Of a stretch of DNA of 25,577 nt, positions 16,592 through 25,577 are shown piece by piece (the first letter of the stretch is position 1; each line of letters begins with the position of its first letter). The notes under the pieces are model-generated. The model ran no database searches. It had not been told where the DNA came from and saw only the letters and a list, made by a program, of their open reading frames with translations. Made by a program: the position numbers and the translations under genes. Origin of the DNA: Bugula neritina (Eukaryota; Animalia; Bryozoa); the NCBI GenBank assembly GCA_964035545.1, contig CAXIUT010000065.1, forward strand, positions 1 to 25,577, written 5' to 3'.

Positions 16592-16856
16592 ACTTCAAAT
16601 AGTCAAGGATTAAGTTACGCAGCACTGTGGATGCCGGTCGTCCATCAAGCTTGCGCTCAAGCTCTTCCCATTCAGGTTGAGCCAAGTATGCACTCACTTG
16701 CTTCTGGCGCACTCCTGCGTCAGAGCTTGGTTTGCGACCAGGTTTTGCTGCTGATTTTGGTTTAGGTGTTTCCGGCACGGCATGAGGAAGAGCCTCAACG
16801 TCAGTGTTTTTCTTGAAGGAAAAGGCGGTTTCTGGCTGTTTCATTTTCATGATCAC
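16584..16856 (-). CDS. Small ParA partner, RHH-like centromere-binding protein (type Ib)
   Basis: Follows parA; flexible N-terminus then QVSAYL..EWEELE...STVLRNLILDYL. Confidence 0.65.
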   Translation of the reverse strand: MIMKMKQPETAFSFKKNTDVEALPHAVPETPKPKSAAKPGRKPSSDAGVRQKQVSAYLAQPEWEELERKLDGRPASTVLRNLILDYLKYG

Positions 16857-16862
16857 ATTGGG

Positions 16863-17441
16863 TTAGGAGATAGCTTTGATCAGGTTGCGTACCTGTTCGA
16901 GGGGCTTTGAATAGTGGAAGCTGAAAAGCGGGCTTTCATCTACCATCTGCTGAAGTGATTTCTTGTGCTCGATGGCTCGACTAAAGGCTGTGGACTTCTT
17001 GACCTCAAAGATCGGATACTCGTAGTCGAACTCCGCAAGAACGGTCTGCGCCCTTTCGAAGTCCCCTGGTTTGGCCTTGTTCAACACAATGATGATGCGG
17101 TCCGTATACTTCTCGATCTCGGACAGCGCGTTGATGGTCACCTGCATTTCAAGTGGTGACTCGTAGATGATTGGGACTACGACACAATCGGCTTGCTTAG
17201 CAGCCTGAATGATACGGGCATCAGGATAGCCCCCAAAGTCATAGATAAGATTGAGCTCTGCTGGCACGTCTGGCAGCTCGTCACGCATTCCCATGCGAAG
17301 GGCTCGATCCTCTCCGAGAACCTCGTCAATCGGACTGTGAACGTCATTTGTGACGACATAAAAGCCCTCAAGCATCGCGATGGCCATTGAGAGCACGGTT
17401 TTCCCCTGCCCTCCCTTCAGATTCCAGACAACGATTTTCAT
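16863..17441 (-). CDS. parA: Short ParA family ATPase
   Basis: Deviant Walker A NLKGGQGKT; IYDFGG Walker B; ADCVVVP; LNK. Confidence 0.92.
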   Translation of the reverse strand: MKIVVWNLKGGQGKTVLSMAIAMLEGFYVVTNDVHSPIDEVLGEDRALRMGMRDELPDVPAELNLIYDFGGYPDARIIQAAKQADCVVVPIIYESPLEMQVTINALSEIEKYTDRIIIVLNKAKPGDFERAQTVLAEFDYEYPIFEVKKSTAFSRAIEHKKSLQQMVDESPLFSFHYSKPLEQVRNLIKAIS

Positions 17442-17460
17442 GGCGTTCCAGCTTAGTTGA

Positions 17461-17601
17461 TATGGTGGTTATGGTATCTAGTTTTTTTAAGTTTACAAGT
17501 TTTTTCGCCATTAAAGTATTGTCTACCATTGTAGGCTTTGTTATGGTTTCTGCCATTTACGGCATTAATATGGTATAAATGATTATTATCATTTTTATGG
17601 T
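17461..17601. repeat. parS-like cluster of WATGGY hexamers upstream of parA
   Basis: TATGGT at 17461, 17470, 17542, 17569 and 17596; inverted RCCATT at about 17507, 17525 and 17552. Confidence 0.5.
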
Positions 17602-17652
17602 AAATTTTAACCCTGAGACCTGGGAGATCCACCCCTAGCGCTAAGTAAGGCG

Positions 17653-18192
17653 CTACTCCCACATCCCCACAAACTGCTTCTCATTAAATCTGGCATAAAT
17701 CGCCGTGTTGCTAATCGAAACGTGACCCAGGTAGATTTGCACTGCACGGATATCATAGCCGTTGTTGATCATATAGAAGCCGCAGCCATGCCTCAGCATG
17801 TGCGGGTTGATGCGGGGCAGGGCGGCTGACTGGCTGCATTGCTCCAGGAGCTTGTTGACGGTGCTGCGGGCGAGGGGGCTTCCACGCTCGGACACAAAGA
17901 GCCAGGGCAGCTCACTCTCACGCTCTCGAAGGTAACGCCTGAGAAGCCTCAGTTCGTCACCAGCAATCGGGTGCATCCCGTCGATCCCGTTCTTGGATCG
18001 CTTCACGAATACCGTGGCCTGATCGAGGTTCAACCGCTCAAGCTTGATATGGCAGAGCTCCGACACGCGCAGGCCGTGGCGGTAGAGCATCAGAATGATC
18101 AGCTCGTTGCGAGCTGGATTTCTGGTCTTTCGTGCTGTTTTACGTAGGGCCTCGACCTCACTGGCCGTGACCCAGTTTTTCACCTTGTTCAT
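17653..18192 (-). CDS. FimB/FimE-like tyrosine recombinase (179 aa)
   Basis: HGLRVSE (R), RSKNG (K), HMLRH, YLGH, TAIYA (Y); probable start MNKVKNW. Confidence 0.92.
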   Translation of the reverse strand: MNKVKNWVTASEVEALRKTARKTRNPARNELIILMLYRHGLRVSELCHIKLERLNLDQATVFVKRSKNGIDGMHPIAGDELRLLRRYLRERESELPWLFVSERGSPLARSTVNKLLEQCSQSAALPRINPHMLRHGCGFYMINNGYDIRAVQIYLGHVSISNTAIYARFNEKQFVGMWE

Positions 18193-18275
18193 GAAACTTT
18201 CTACAAAATATAAGCTGACGTCCTGTCTGAGCCTTCCTGAAAGCCTAACAAAATAGGGCAGGGGGGTTACAGAAC

Positions 18276-18303
18276 ATTCAACATTATATACATAATGTAG
18301 AAT
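18276..18303. other. dif-like site (duplicate of 467..494)
   Basis: Repeat copy. Confidence 0.7.
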
Positions 18304-18329
18304 GTTTAAAGCTCTGGCGAGAGAAAATT

Positions 18330-18357
18330 TTGACATCCAAATAAGTATGTATATAAT
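18330..18357 (+). promoter_or_regulatory. Sigma70 promoter (duplicate)
   Basis: TTGACA-N16-TATAAT. Confidence 0.75.
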
Positions 18358-18381
18358 AGTGGTGTAATTTAATATGGTGAT

Positions 18382-18651
18382 ATGCAAACTATGGGAAATG
18401 TAAAGAGAACCTTCACCCTTCCTGATGAGGTGAGCCAGGAACTTGATGAAGTGATCCCAAATAGGGAGCGTTCAAAGTTTATCGCAATGACTTTGCAGGA
18501 GGCTTTGCGTCAGAAAAAACGTGATGAGCTTATGAAGCTTCTAGATGATCTGCCGCGTGATAAATCTCTGGATGGGGTGCAGGCAGAGGATGTGCTGCGC
18601 GAAATCCGCGATACCCGCGCCGATGAAATACTTTCTAACTCTCGCCCATGA
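18382..18651 (+). CDS. RHH antitoxin (duplicate)
   Basis: Identical to 573..842. Confidence 0.85.
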   Translation: MQTMGNVKRTFTLPDEVSQELDEVIPNRERSKFIAMTLQEALRQKKRDELMKLLDDLPRDKSLDGVQAEDVLREIRDTRADEILSNSRP

Positions 18652-19094
18652 AGCATAAAATCATAGTACCCGATGCAAATGTCGCAGTAAAAATTCTCCA
18701 CACTGAAGCTGACACTGAACAAGCTCGTGCCCTGTTTCGTTCCTGCGCAGAGCACGGAACCAAGATTTTGGTCCCTGAGCATTTTCTCTATGAAGTGGTG
18801 AATGTATGCCAGCGTGTCAAAGTTGGGGTTGATGATGTTCTGGACTTCTACGAAGCATTGAGATCGTCAATTCTTACCGTGGTATCTCCGAACCGGGATA
18901 TCTGGCAGAGAGCTGAACAGATTGCTCAAGATGGGCATCCAAACAGTGGCTTTCCATCGATCTATGACAGTATCTACCAAGCACTCGCGCTTGATGCTGG
19001 GGGCGTCTTTATAACTGCTGATAAACGCCACGTTGCAAAAACCCATCAACATGGTGGGGTGATGTTGCTCAGTGATTGGGCAGACGACAAATAA
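18648..19094 (+). CDS. vapC: PIN/VapC toxin (duplicate)
   Basis: Identical to 839..1285. Confidence 0.9.
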   Translation: MKHKIIVPDANVAVKILHTEADTEQARALFRSCAEHGTKILVPEHFLYEVVNVCQRVKVGVDDVLDFYEALRSSILTVVSPNRDIWQRAEQIAQDGHPNSGFPSIYDSIYQALALDAGGVFITADKRHVAKTHQHGGVMLLSDWADDK

Positions 19095-19106
19095 CCATGC
19101 GATACT

Positions 19107-20105
19107 ATGAAAAACGATAGAAAAATTACATCTTTGGATCTGACGGAACCGATGGTTCCAATAAGCCCGAAGCAAAAAGAGGAGCTTGTGCAGCTGCGCG
19201 AGCGTTTTATTCAATTAGTTTCTAAAATTATGAACGCTGAAAGTTTTGATCTTACTCAGGTCTATCCAGATACCGAAGACCTTGGCGAATTGTATGACCA
19301 ACTTGATGACTTAAAAAAATGCCTGGACAGCTTCAGACCATTCAATCCTGCTCAAGTGAAAAACCTCCGTGAGGTATATGATACTGAATACACGTACGCG
19401 TCTAACAGGATCGAGGGAAATACTCTTACGCTCCAGGAGACCAGTTTTGTTATCAATGAAGGTCTGACGATCAGCAACAAGCCGATGAAGGATCATATTG
19501 AGGCGATCAATCATAAAGTAGCCATCGACTTCATGCGCGAGCTTGCTGACCAGAATGAACCTATTAGTGAGCGAAACATCAAGCTGATACACGCACTGAT
19601 TTTGCAGGGTATAGACCGTCAAGAGGCTGGAAAATATCGCGATGTGGTAGTTGGGATACGTGCTACTGATATCGTCTTCCCAGAACCCTTCATGGTTCCT
19701 GATCTTATGCGTGATCTCATAGACTTCTATGAAGAGCATAAGGACGAGTTTCACCCAGTGAAACTTGCGGCGCAGATGCACGCTAGGCTGGTGAATATCC
19801 ATCCGTTCATTGATGGAAATGGACGCACTTGCCGCTTGGTAATGAATCTAATTTTGTTGCAAAACGGTTATCCACTCACAATTTTTGCACCTGACGCGGA
19901 TGCAAGACAGACATATTTTGATGCGCTCAACCAGACACGCGACACTGAAGATCAATCACACTTCGAGCTCTTCGCGGCAAAAAATGTCAAACGATGGGCG
20001 ATGGAATACCTCTCGATGCTTGCCCCGAATATCGGGGAAAACGAACAAAAAAAAGGCTACTACTACTTCAAGAAAGTCGAGCCATATCTACGGCATACAA
20101 AATAA
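19107..20105 (+). CDS. Fic family protein (duplicate)
   Basis: Identical to 1298..2296. Confidence 0.95.
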   Translation: MKNDRKITSLDLTEPMVPISPKQKEELVQLRERFIQLVSKIMNAESFDLTQVYPDTEDLGELYDQLDDLKKCLDSFRPFNPAQVKNLREVYDTEYTYASNRIEGNTLTLQETSFVINEGLTISNKPMKDHIEAINHKVAIDFMRELADQNEPISERNIKLIHALILQGIDRQEAGKYRDVVVGIRATDIVFPEPFMVPDLMRDLIDFYEEHKDEFHPVKLAAQMHARLVNIHPFIDGNGRTCRLVMNLILLQNGYPLTIFAPDADARQTYFDALNQTRDTEDQSHFELFAAKNVKRWAMEYLSMLAPNIGENEQKKGYYYFKKVEPYLRHTK

Positions 20106-20111
20106 CCAAAC

Positions 20112-20139
20112 TTTCAACATTATATTTATTTTGTGGAAA
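20112..20139. other. Hybrid dif-like site (duplicate of 2303..2330)
   Basis: Repeat copy. Confidence 0.5.
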
Positions 20140-20261
20140 AGGCAAAAGAAATGGGTGTCTCAAGAGGAACCGTCTACAAAGCAACTGCCCAATTTATAAT
20201 CTCCGGCCTTTAACCTGATTTGTTTGCGGGGATGATAACACCCCTCACGCCTGCCAAAATC

Positions 20262-21290
20262 TTACTTCAAAAACTCTGCCAATACGGCCGCTTCGTATGC
20301 CTTAACGCTCATCCGTGCTGACGGGCCATAGCTTTCGAAGCCCGTCTCCAACTGTGGGAACAGCTCAAGGATTTCGTTGCGCGTTGCTACATCCAGCGCG
20401 GACCAACCCATTTCACCTGGGTGGAAGCTTTCTGTGGCAGACCCTTCGGCAAAGATGATCTCGTGTTGATCGAACAGGATGTGGAAATATTCCACTTCGC
20501 CGCCTTCGTCACGGGTAATCGTTTTGTCGTTGATCAGGGCCTTGGCAGGGGCCAAAACTTCGGCCTCGCCAAAGAGCAGCTCTGCACGCCATCCTTCCAG
20601 AACCATACGGTGCTGAGGAGAGACGCGAAGATCACGGGTGTTGCCCAATGTGCCTGCGGCGATCTTGATTGGGGCCAGTTTGCCAAGGGCCGCGCGTTTG
20701 GTGGATCCGATCCAGCGGATTGGCTGCATCCCATTGTCGCGGGTGCGCACCATCATGCCTTCGGCCAGATCCTGCACGGCAACTTCGCCTTGATTCGTGT
20801 CAATCATCGTGTCGCGGGCAAAGCAGACGGCGGTTAAAGACGCATTATCAAGTGTAAATACGTCAGCGCCATTAGTGGACCCAATTCTAATGCCTGTGAT
20901 ATCGGATGCTGCTGTGAAAGTGATCGTTGCCGTTTGGTAATCAAGACCAGCACTATAAACTGCATCAAAAGTTCCCAGCACATTGCCGTCTTGATCTTGC
21001 AAACTCAGTTGAGAATCGCTTCCTGAACTGCGGCTCCCGGCATCATAGTCAATTGTAAATGTATATTCGGTGCCTGTCGTCAGTGGGGTTGTTAAGGTCT
21101 GCTCCATCATTTCCCCTATGACCATAACCCAGTCATCCCCGTCCGTGGCCCCACCTGGCGCACCCATGCTGGTTAGGCCTCGGTTCAAGTCAGCTGTTCC
21201 AACAGCATTTGTCCATTCAGGTGGAGCTGTGCTGTATACCACGCCTGTGTGTGGGCCTTCGAAGCTGCCATTTCTAAGTAGTTCAGTCAT
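20262..21290 (-). CDS. Hint-domain protein copy 1 (duplicate)
   Basis: Identical to 2453..3481. Confidence 0.92.
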   Translation of the reverse strand: MTELLRNGSFEGPHTGVVYSTAPPEWTNAVGTADLNRGLTSMGAPGGATDGDDWVMVIGEMMEQTLTTPLTTGTEYTFTIDYDAGSRSSGSDSQLSLQDQDGNVLGTFDAVYSAGLDYQTATITFTAASDITGIRIGSTNGADVFTLDNASLTAVCFARDTMIDTNQGEVAVQDLAEGMMVRTRDNGMQPIRWIGSTKRAALGKLAPIKIAAGTLGNTRDLRVSPQHRMVLEGWRAELLFGEAEVLAPAKALINDKTITRDEGGEVEYFHILFDQHEIIFAEGSATESFHPGEMGWSALDVATRNEILELFPQLETGFESYGPSARMSVKAYEAAVLAEFLK

Positions 21291-21542
21291 TTGTTGTATC
21301 CTTCTTTCACCTTAAACAGGCTTCAACATGATGTGTCAGATTTAGATCATTCACTTTAGTGATCGTGTGCTTCTCTTTCCTCGAAACGGATCATTAATTA
21401 ATCTTTAGTTTTTAATTTGGGCAGATTTGTAATCGAATTTGGGCGTGCTTGTGGTCAAATTTGGACCAGTGAGGCCAATGGGCAGATATTAGGTGGCTCA
21501 AGCTTAGAGCGTTTCAACCGTAACCGCCTAAGGTTGGATACC

Positions 21543-21572
21543 AAAAAAGGGCGGCCCTTGGGCCGCCCTTTT
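21543..21572. terminator. Intrinsic terminator (duplicate)
   Basis: Same as 3734..3763. Confidence 0.85.
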
Positions 21573-21681
21573 GAAACTACGAAACGTTTCGCTTTTAATC
21601 TGATTTGTTGTGGAGATTGGAGTGTAGCCAATTCAATTGACTACACCCCAAGACGCAATAAACCCCACTGCTACCAAGATC

Positions 21682-22710
21682 TTACTTCAAAAACTCTGCC
21701 AACACGGCCGCTTCGTATGCCTTAACGCTCATCCGCGCGGACTGACCATAGCTTTCGAAGTCCGTCTCCAACTGTGGGAACAGTTCAAGGATTTCGTTGC
21801 GCGTTGCGGCATCCAGTGCGGACCAGCCCATTTCACCTGGGTGAAAGCTTTCTGTGGCAGACCCTTCGGCAAAGATGATCTCGTGTTGATCGAACAGGAT
21901 GTGGAAATATTCCACCTGACCGCCTTCGTCACGGGTAATCGTTTTGTCGTTGATCAGGGCCTTGGCAGGGGCCAAAACTTCGGCCTCGCCAAAGAGCAGC
22001 TCTGCACGCCATCCTTCCAGAACCATACGGTGCTGAGGAGAGACGCGAAGATCACGGGTGTTGCCCAATGTGCCTGCGGCGATCTTGATTGGGGCCAGTT
22101 TGCCAAGGGCCGCGCGTTTGGTGGATCCGATCCAGCGGATTGGCTGCATCCCATTGTCGCGGGTGCGCACCATCATGCCTTCGGCCAGATCCTGCACGGC
22201 AACTTCGCCTTGATTCGTGTCAATCATCGTGTCGCGGGCAAAGCAGACGGCGGTTAAAGACGCATTATCAAGTGTAAATACGTCAGCGCCATTAGTGGAC
22301 CCAATTCTAATGCCTGTGATATCGGATGCTGCTGTGAAAGTGATCGTTGCCGTTTGGTAATCAAGACCAGCACTATAAACTGCATCAAAAGTTCCCAGCA
22401 CATTGCCGTCTTGATCTTGCAAACTCAGTTGAGAATCGCTTCCTGAACTGCGGCTCCCGGCATCATAGTCAATTGTAAATGTATATTCGGTGCCTGTCGT
22501 CAGTGGGGTTGTTAAGGTCTGCTCCATCATTTCCCCTATGACCATAACCCAGTCATCCCCGTCCGTGGCCCCACCTGGCGCACCCATGCTGGTTAGGCCT
22601 CGGTTCAAGTCAGCTGTTCCAACAGCATTTGTCCATTCAGGTGGAGCTGTGCTGTATACCACGCCTGTGTGTGGGCCTTCGAAGCTGCCATTTCTAAGTA
22701 GTTCAGTCAT
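21682..22710 (-). CDS. Hint-domain protein copy 2 (duplicate)
   Basis: Identical to 3873..4901. Confidence 0.92.
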   Translation of the reverse strand: MTELLRNGSFEGPHTGVVYSTAPPEWTNAVGTADLNRGLTSMGAPGGATDGDDWVMVIGEMMEQTLTTPLTTGTEYTFTIDYDAGSRSSGSDSQLSLQDQDGNVLGTFDAVYSAGLDYQTATITFTAASDITGIRIGSTNGADVFTLDNASLTAVCFARDTMIDTNQGEVAVQDLAEGMMVRTRDNGMQPIRWIGSTKRAALGKLAPIKIAAGTLGNTRDLRVSPQHRMVLEGWRAELLFGEAEVLAPAKALINDKTITRDEGGQVEYFHILFDQHEIIFAEGSATESFHPGEMGWSALDAATRNEILELFPQLETDFESYGQSARMSVKAYEAAVLAEFLK

Positions 22711-22962
22711 TTGTTGTATCCTTCTTTCACCTTAAACAGGCTTCAACATGATGTGTCAGATTTAGATCATTCACTTTAGTGATCGTGTGCTTCTCTTTCC
22801 TCGAAACGGATCATTAATTAATCTTTAGTTTTTAATTTGGGCAGATTTGTAATCGAATTTGGGCGTGCTTGTGGTCAAATTTGGACCAGTGAGGCCAATG
22901 GGCAGATATTAGGTGGCTCAAGCTTAGAGCGTTTCAACCGTAACCGCCTAAGGTTGGATACC

Positions 22963-22992
22963 AAAAAAGGGCGGCCCTTGGGCCGCCCTTTT
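22963..22992. terminator. Intrinsic terminator (duplicate)
   Basis: Same as 5154..5183. Confidence 0.85.
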
Positions 22993-23101
22993 GAAACTAC
23001 GAAACGTTTCGCTTTTAATCTGATTTGTTGTGGAGATTGGAGTGTAGCCAATTCAATTGACTACACCCCAAGACGCAATAAACCCCACTGCTACCAAGAT
23101 C

Positions 23102-24130
23102 TTACGACAAAAACTCTGCCAATACGGCAGCTTCTTGTCCCTTAACGCTCATCCGTGCTGCCAGGCCATAGCTGTCGAAATCAGTTTCCAGCTCTGGGAA
23201 CAGCTCAAGGATTTCGTTGCGCGTTGCGGCATCCAGTGCGGACCAGCCCATTTCACCTGGGTGAAAGCTTTCTGTGGCAGACCCTTCGGCAAAGATGATC
23301 TCGTGTTGATCGAACAGGATGTGGAAATATTCCACTTCGCCGCCTTCGTCACGGGTAATCGTTTTGTCGTTGATCAGGGCCTTGGCAGGGGCCAAAACTT
23401 CGGCCTCGCCAAAGAGCAGCTCTGCACGCCATCCTTCCAGAACCATACGGTGCTGAGGAGAGACGCGAAGATCACGGGTGTTGCCCAATGTGCCTGCGGC
23501 GATCTTGATTGGGGCCAGTTGGCCTCGGGCCGCGCGTTTGGTGGATCCGATCCAGCGGATTGGCTGCATCCCATTGTCGCGGGTGCGCACCATCATGCCT
23601 TCGGCCAGATCCTGCACGGCAACTTCGCCTTGATTCGTGTCAATCATCGTGTCGCGGGCAAAGCAGACGGCGGTTAAAGACGCATTATCAAGTGTAAATA
23701 CGTCAGCGCCATTAGTGGACCCAATTCTAATGCCTGTGATATCGGATGCTGCTGTGAAAGTGATCGTTGCCGTTTGGTAATCAAGACCAGCACTATAAAC
23801 TGCATTAAAAGTTCCCAGCACATTGCCGTCTTGATCTTGCAAACTCAGTTCAGAATCGGCTGGTGTACTGCGGCTCCCGGAATCATAGTCAATTGTAAAT
23901 GTATATTCGGTGCCTGTCGTCAGTGGGGTTGATAAAGTTTGCTCTATCATTTCCCCTGCGATCCAAATCCAGTCATCCCCGTCCGTGGCCCCACCTGGCG
24001 TGCCCATGCTGGGTACGCCTCGGTTCAAGTCAGCTGTTCCAACAGCATTTGTCCATTCAGGTGGAGCTGTGCTGTATTCCACGCCTGTGTGTGGGCCTTC
24101 GAAGCTGCCATTTCTAAGTAGTTCAGTCAT
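23102..24130 (-). CDS. Hint-domain protein copy 3 (duplicate)
   Basis: Identical to 5293..6321. Confidence 0.92.
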   Translation of the reverse strand: MTELLRNGSFEGPHTGVEYSTAPPEWTNAVGTADLNRGVPSMGTPGGATDGDDWIWIAGEMIEQTLSTPLTTGTEYTFTIDYDSGSRSTPADSELSLQDQDGNVLGTFNAVYSAGLDYQTATITFTAASDITGIRIGSTNGADVFTLDNASLTAVCFARDTMIDTNQGEVAVQDLAEGMMVRTRDNGMQPIRWIGSTKRAARGQLAPIKIAAGTLGNTRDLRVSPQHRMVLEGWRAELLFGEAEVLAPAKALINDKTITRDEGGEVEYFHILFDQHEIIFAEGSATESFHPGEMGWSALDAATRNEILELFPELETDFDSYGLAARMSVKGQEAAVLAEFLS

Positions 24131-24315
24131 TTGTTGTATCCTTGTCTAATATAACACTATGGCGAGACCTTTATGCGCAAATATCCGTCTGCACAAGCCA
24201 GTCATATCGATAATCGATATGATGATTAATGGATATATTTACGAGATATGCTATTTACAGTTTTGCAAGATATGCCATTTTACAGTTTATTATCCCTAAA
24301 AAGAAGGAAATGTAG

Positions 24316-24732
24316 ATGGATATGCTAAAAAATACTGGCCCTATCGACCTGAACACGCGGGCCGATTTGCGTCCACACATCGAAAATTATGCATCAGACA
24401 ATGATATGACATTTGATGACGCATTAGATCGAATCAGCACCCTATATGTGCAGGCCGCCCATTCGGTTCATGGATCCCAATATGATTTTCGCGCCACATT
24501 GAATGACGTAGGGCAAATCAAGCTGTTGCAGGTGTTAACTGTCGTAAGCACCGTAACAGACGAGGATCGGCAAGTATCTCTGACCAATGCCCGAAAAACC
24601 TATCCAAATATTGAATTGGGCGGGTATATTTTGAACCAGATCACCCCTGTGGAACCTGAAGGCTTATTCGATACTCCTGCGACACAAACTATAACAGTTA
24701 AAGGCATGACCTTAAAACCTGTTCGCGGCTAA
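24316..24732 (+). CDS. Stand-alone NusA-NTD-like protein (duplicate)
   Basis: Identical to 6507..6923. Confidence 0.7.
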   Translation: MDMLKNTGPIDLNTRADLRPHIENYASDNDMTFDDALDRISTLYVQAAHSVHGSQYDFRATLNDVGQIKLLQVLTVVSTVTDEDRQVSLTNARKTYPNIELGGYILNQITPVEPEGLFDTPATQTITVKGMTLKPVRG

Positions 24733-24772
24733 GGCTACGTCTGCGACCCTTGCGGGCCGCAGACGTAAAGCC

Positions 24773-24937
24773 ATGCTTGGCTCATCGCCTCCAGCAGCCT
24801 GTTATTGTGCCGCACAGGATTATATCCCAATCGTGATCACGCGATCCGGGGACAAGACCTCTGCCGTGCTTATTTCACTGGCCGAATACGAATCATTGGT
24901 GAAAACACAGCATCTTTTAAAACATCGGGTTAAGTAG
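24773..24937 (+). pseudogene. Phd/YefM remnant (duplicate)
   Basis: Same as 6964..7128. Confidence 0.65.
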
Positions 24938-25571
24938 AGGCGATGGAGGGGCCGGGATGGTCTATCCAGGCAACGGCAATGCTGTCATCTGCCGCGCGAT
25001 GGGGAATGGCATAGCCTTGCGCTGTTTTCAGTGCTGGGTTTTGCCGCGCGGCGCGCAGTCCTTCTGTGAGCCCCCCCGATCTGATCAGCGCACGCTCTTC
25101 GGCATCCGCAGTGGATGTGAGCCAGGCATTGAGGTGGCGCAGCATATCCGCTTGGGTACTGACCCCAAGGGCTGCGAAAGCAATAGGCTCATCGACAAGG
25201 CGCAGCACTTCGCCAATTCGGGTTCTGTCCGTTGCCTCAACAATCTCTAGCTGCCCTTGTTCGGTAAAGGCGCACAGGATGACCGTCTGCTTCTTGGTGA
25301 TTTGCGGCAAGAGTGTGGATAATTCTTCAACCGCCCGTGGCGGGGGGGATGCGTCTTTAAGCATGTCCATCGTGGTATGCGTGATCAACCATGCGTTGTC
25401 ACCCAGCCGCATTCTGACCCATCCTGCCTCACGCAGATTATTCAGCGCGCGCCAAATACCCATACGGGACAGCTCGGGCAGAGCACTTTGCAAGTCTCTC
25501 AAAGCCACTGGAGCATTTTGCGCGACGGCGCGATAAACTGCCAAAGTGCGGGTGGTTGGGGTGCCGGCCAT
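24930..25571 (-). CDS. IclR-like regulator (duplicate)
   Basis: Same as 7121..7762. Confidence 0.65.
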   Translation of the reverse strand: MAGTPTTRTLAVYRAVAQNAPVALRDLQSALPELSRMGIWRALNNLREAGWVRMRLGDNAWLITHTTMDMLKDASPPPRAVEELSTLLPQITKKQTVILCAFTEQGQLEIVEATDRTRIGEVLRLVDEPIAFAALGVSTQADMLRHLNAWLTSTADAEERALIRSGGLTEGLRAARQNPALKTAQGYAIPHRAADDSIAVAWIDHPGPSIAST

Positions 25572-25577
25572 ATTGGG

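Larger units (their letters stand above)
17810..25577. repeat. Second copy of terminal redundancy
   Basis: Sequence restarts with atgcggggcagggcggctga at 17810 and ends at gccggccatattggg, equal to position 7768. Confidence 0.97.

Noticed and set aside
17653-18192. Integron integrase with a Hint cassette array
   Set aside because: The 179-aa FimB-like protein lacks the IntI-specific insertion, and the downstream hairpins lack canonical RYYYAAC/GTTRRRY boxes.
18193-18387. 65-aa N-terminal extension of the recombinase in the ORF track
   Set aside because: It runs through the AT-rich promoter and dif-like site and overlaps the antitoxin start; family-like sequence begins at MNKVKNW.

Overview
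The window is a complete small iteron plasmid of 17,809 bp, probably alphaproteobacterial/Rhodobacteraceae-like, read about 1.44 times: 17810..25577 repeats 1..7768 at a constant offset of 17,809. The backbone is ParA, a small RHH-like partner, a rep gene split by a one-base frameshift, 8 iterons flanked by two DnaA boxes, and a FimB/Xer-type tyrosine recombinase beside a symmetric dif-like site. The cargo is an RHH-PIN(VapC)-Fic operon bounded by dif-like sites, three tandem 1,420-bp units each encoding a jelly-roll-like domain fused to a Hint domain, a divergent 138-aa protein that looks like a stand-alone NusA N-terminal domain, an IclR-like HTH regulator, a membrane protein plus anchored ankyrin-repeat protein pair, an orphan RelE, and several gene remnants. 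A 3,683-bp Tn3-family transposon (38-bp IRs, 5-bp TSD) interrupts a primase-like gene. The most novel-looking locus is the NusA-NTD paralog transcribed divergently from the terminator-punctuated, diversifying Hint-protein array. All family calls come from motif recognition by eye, not from database searches.
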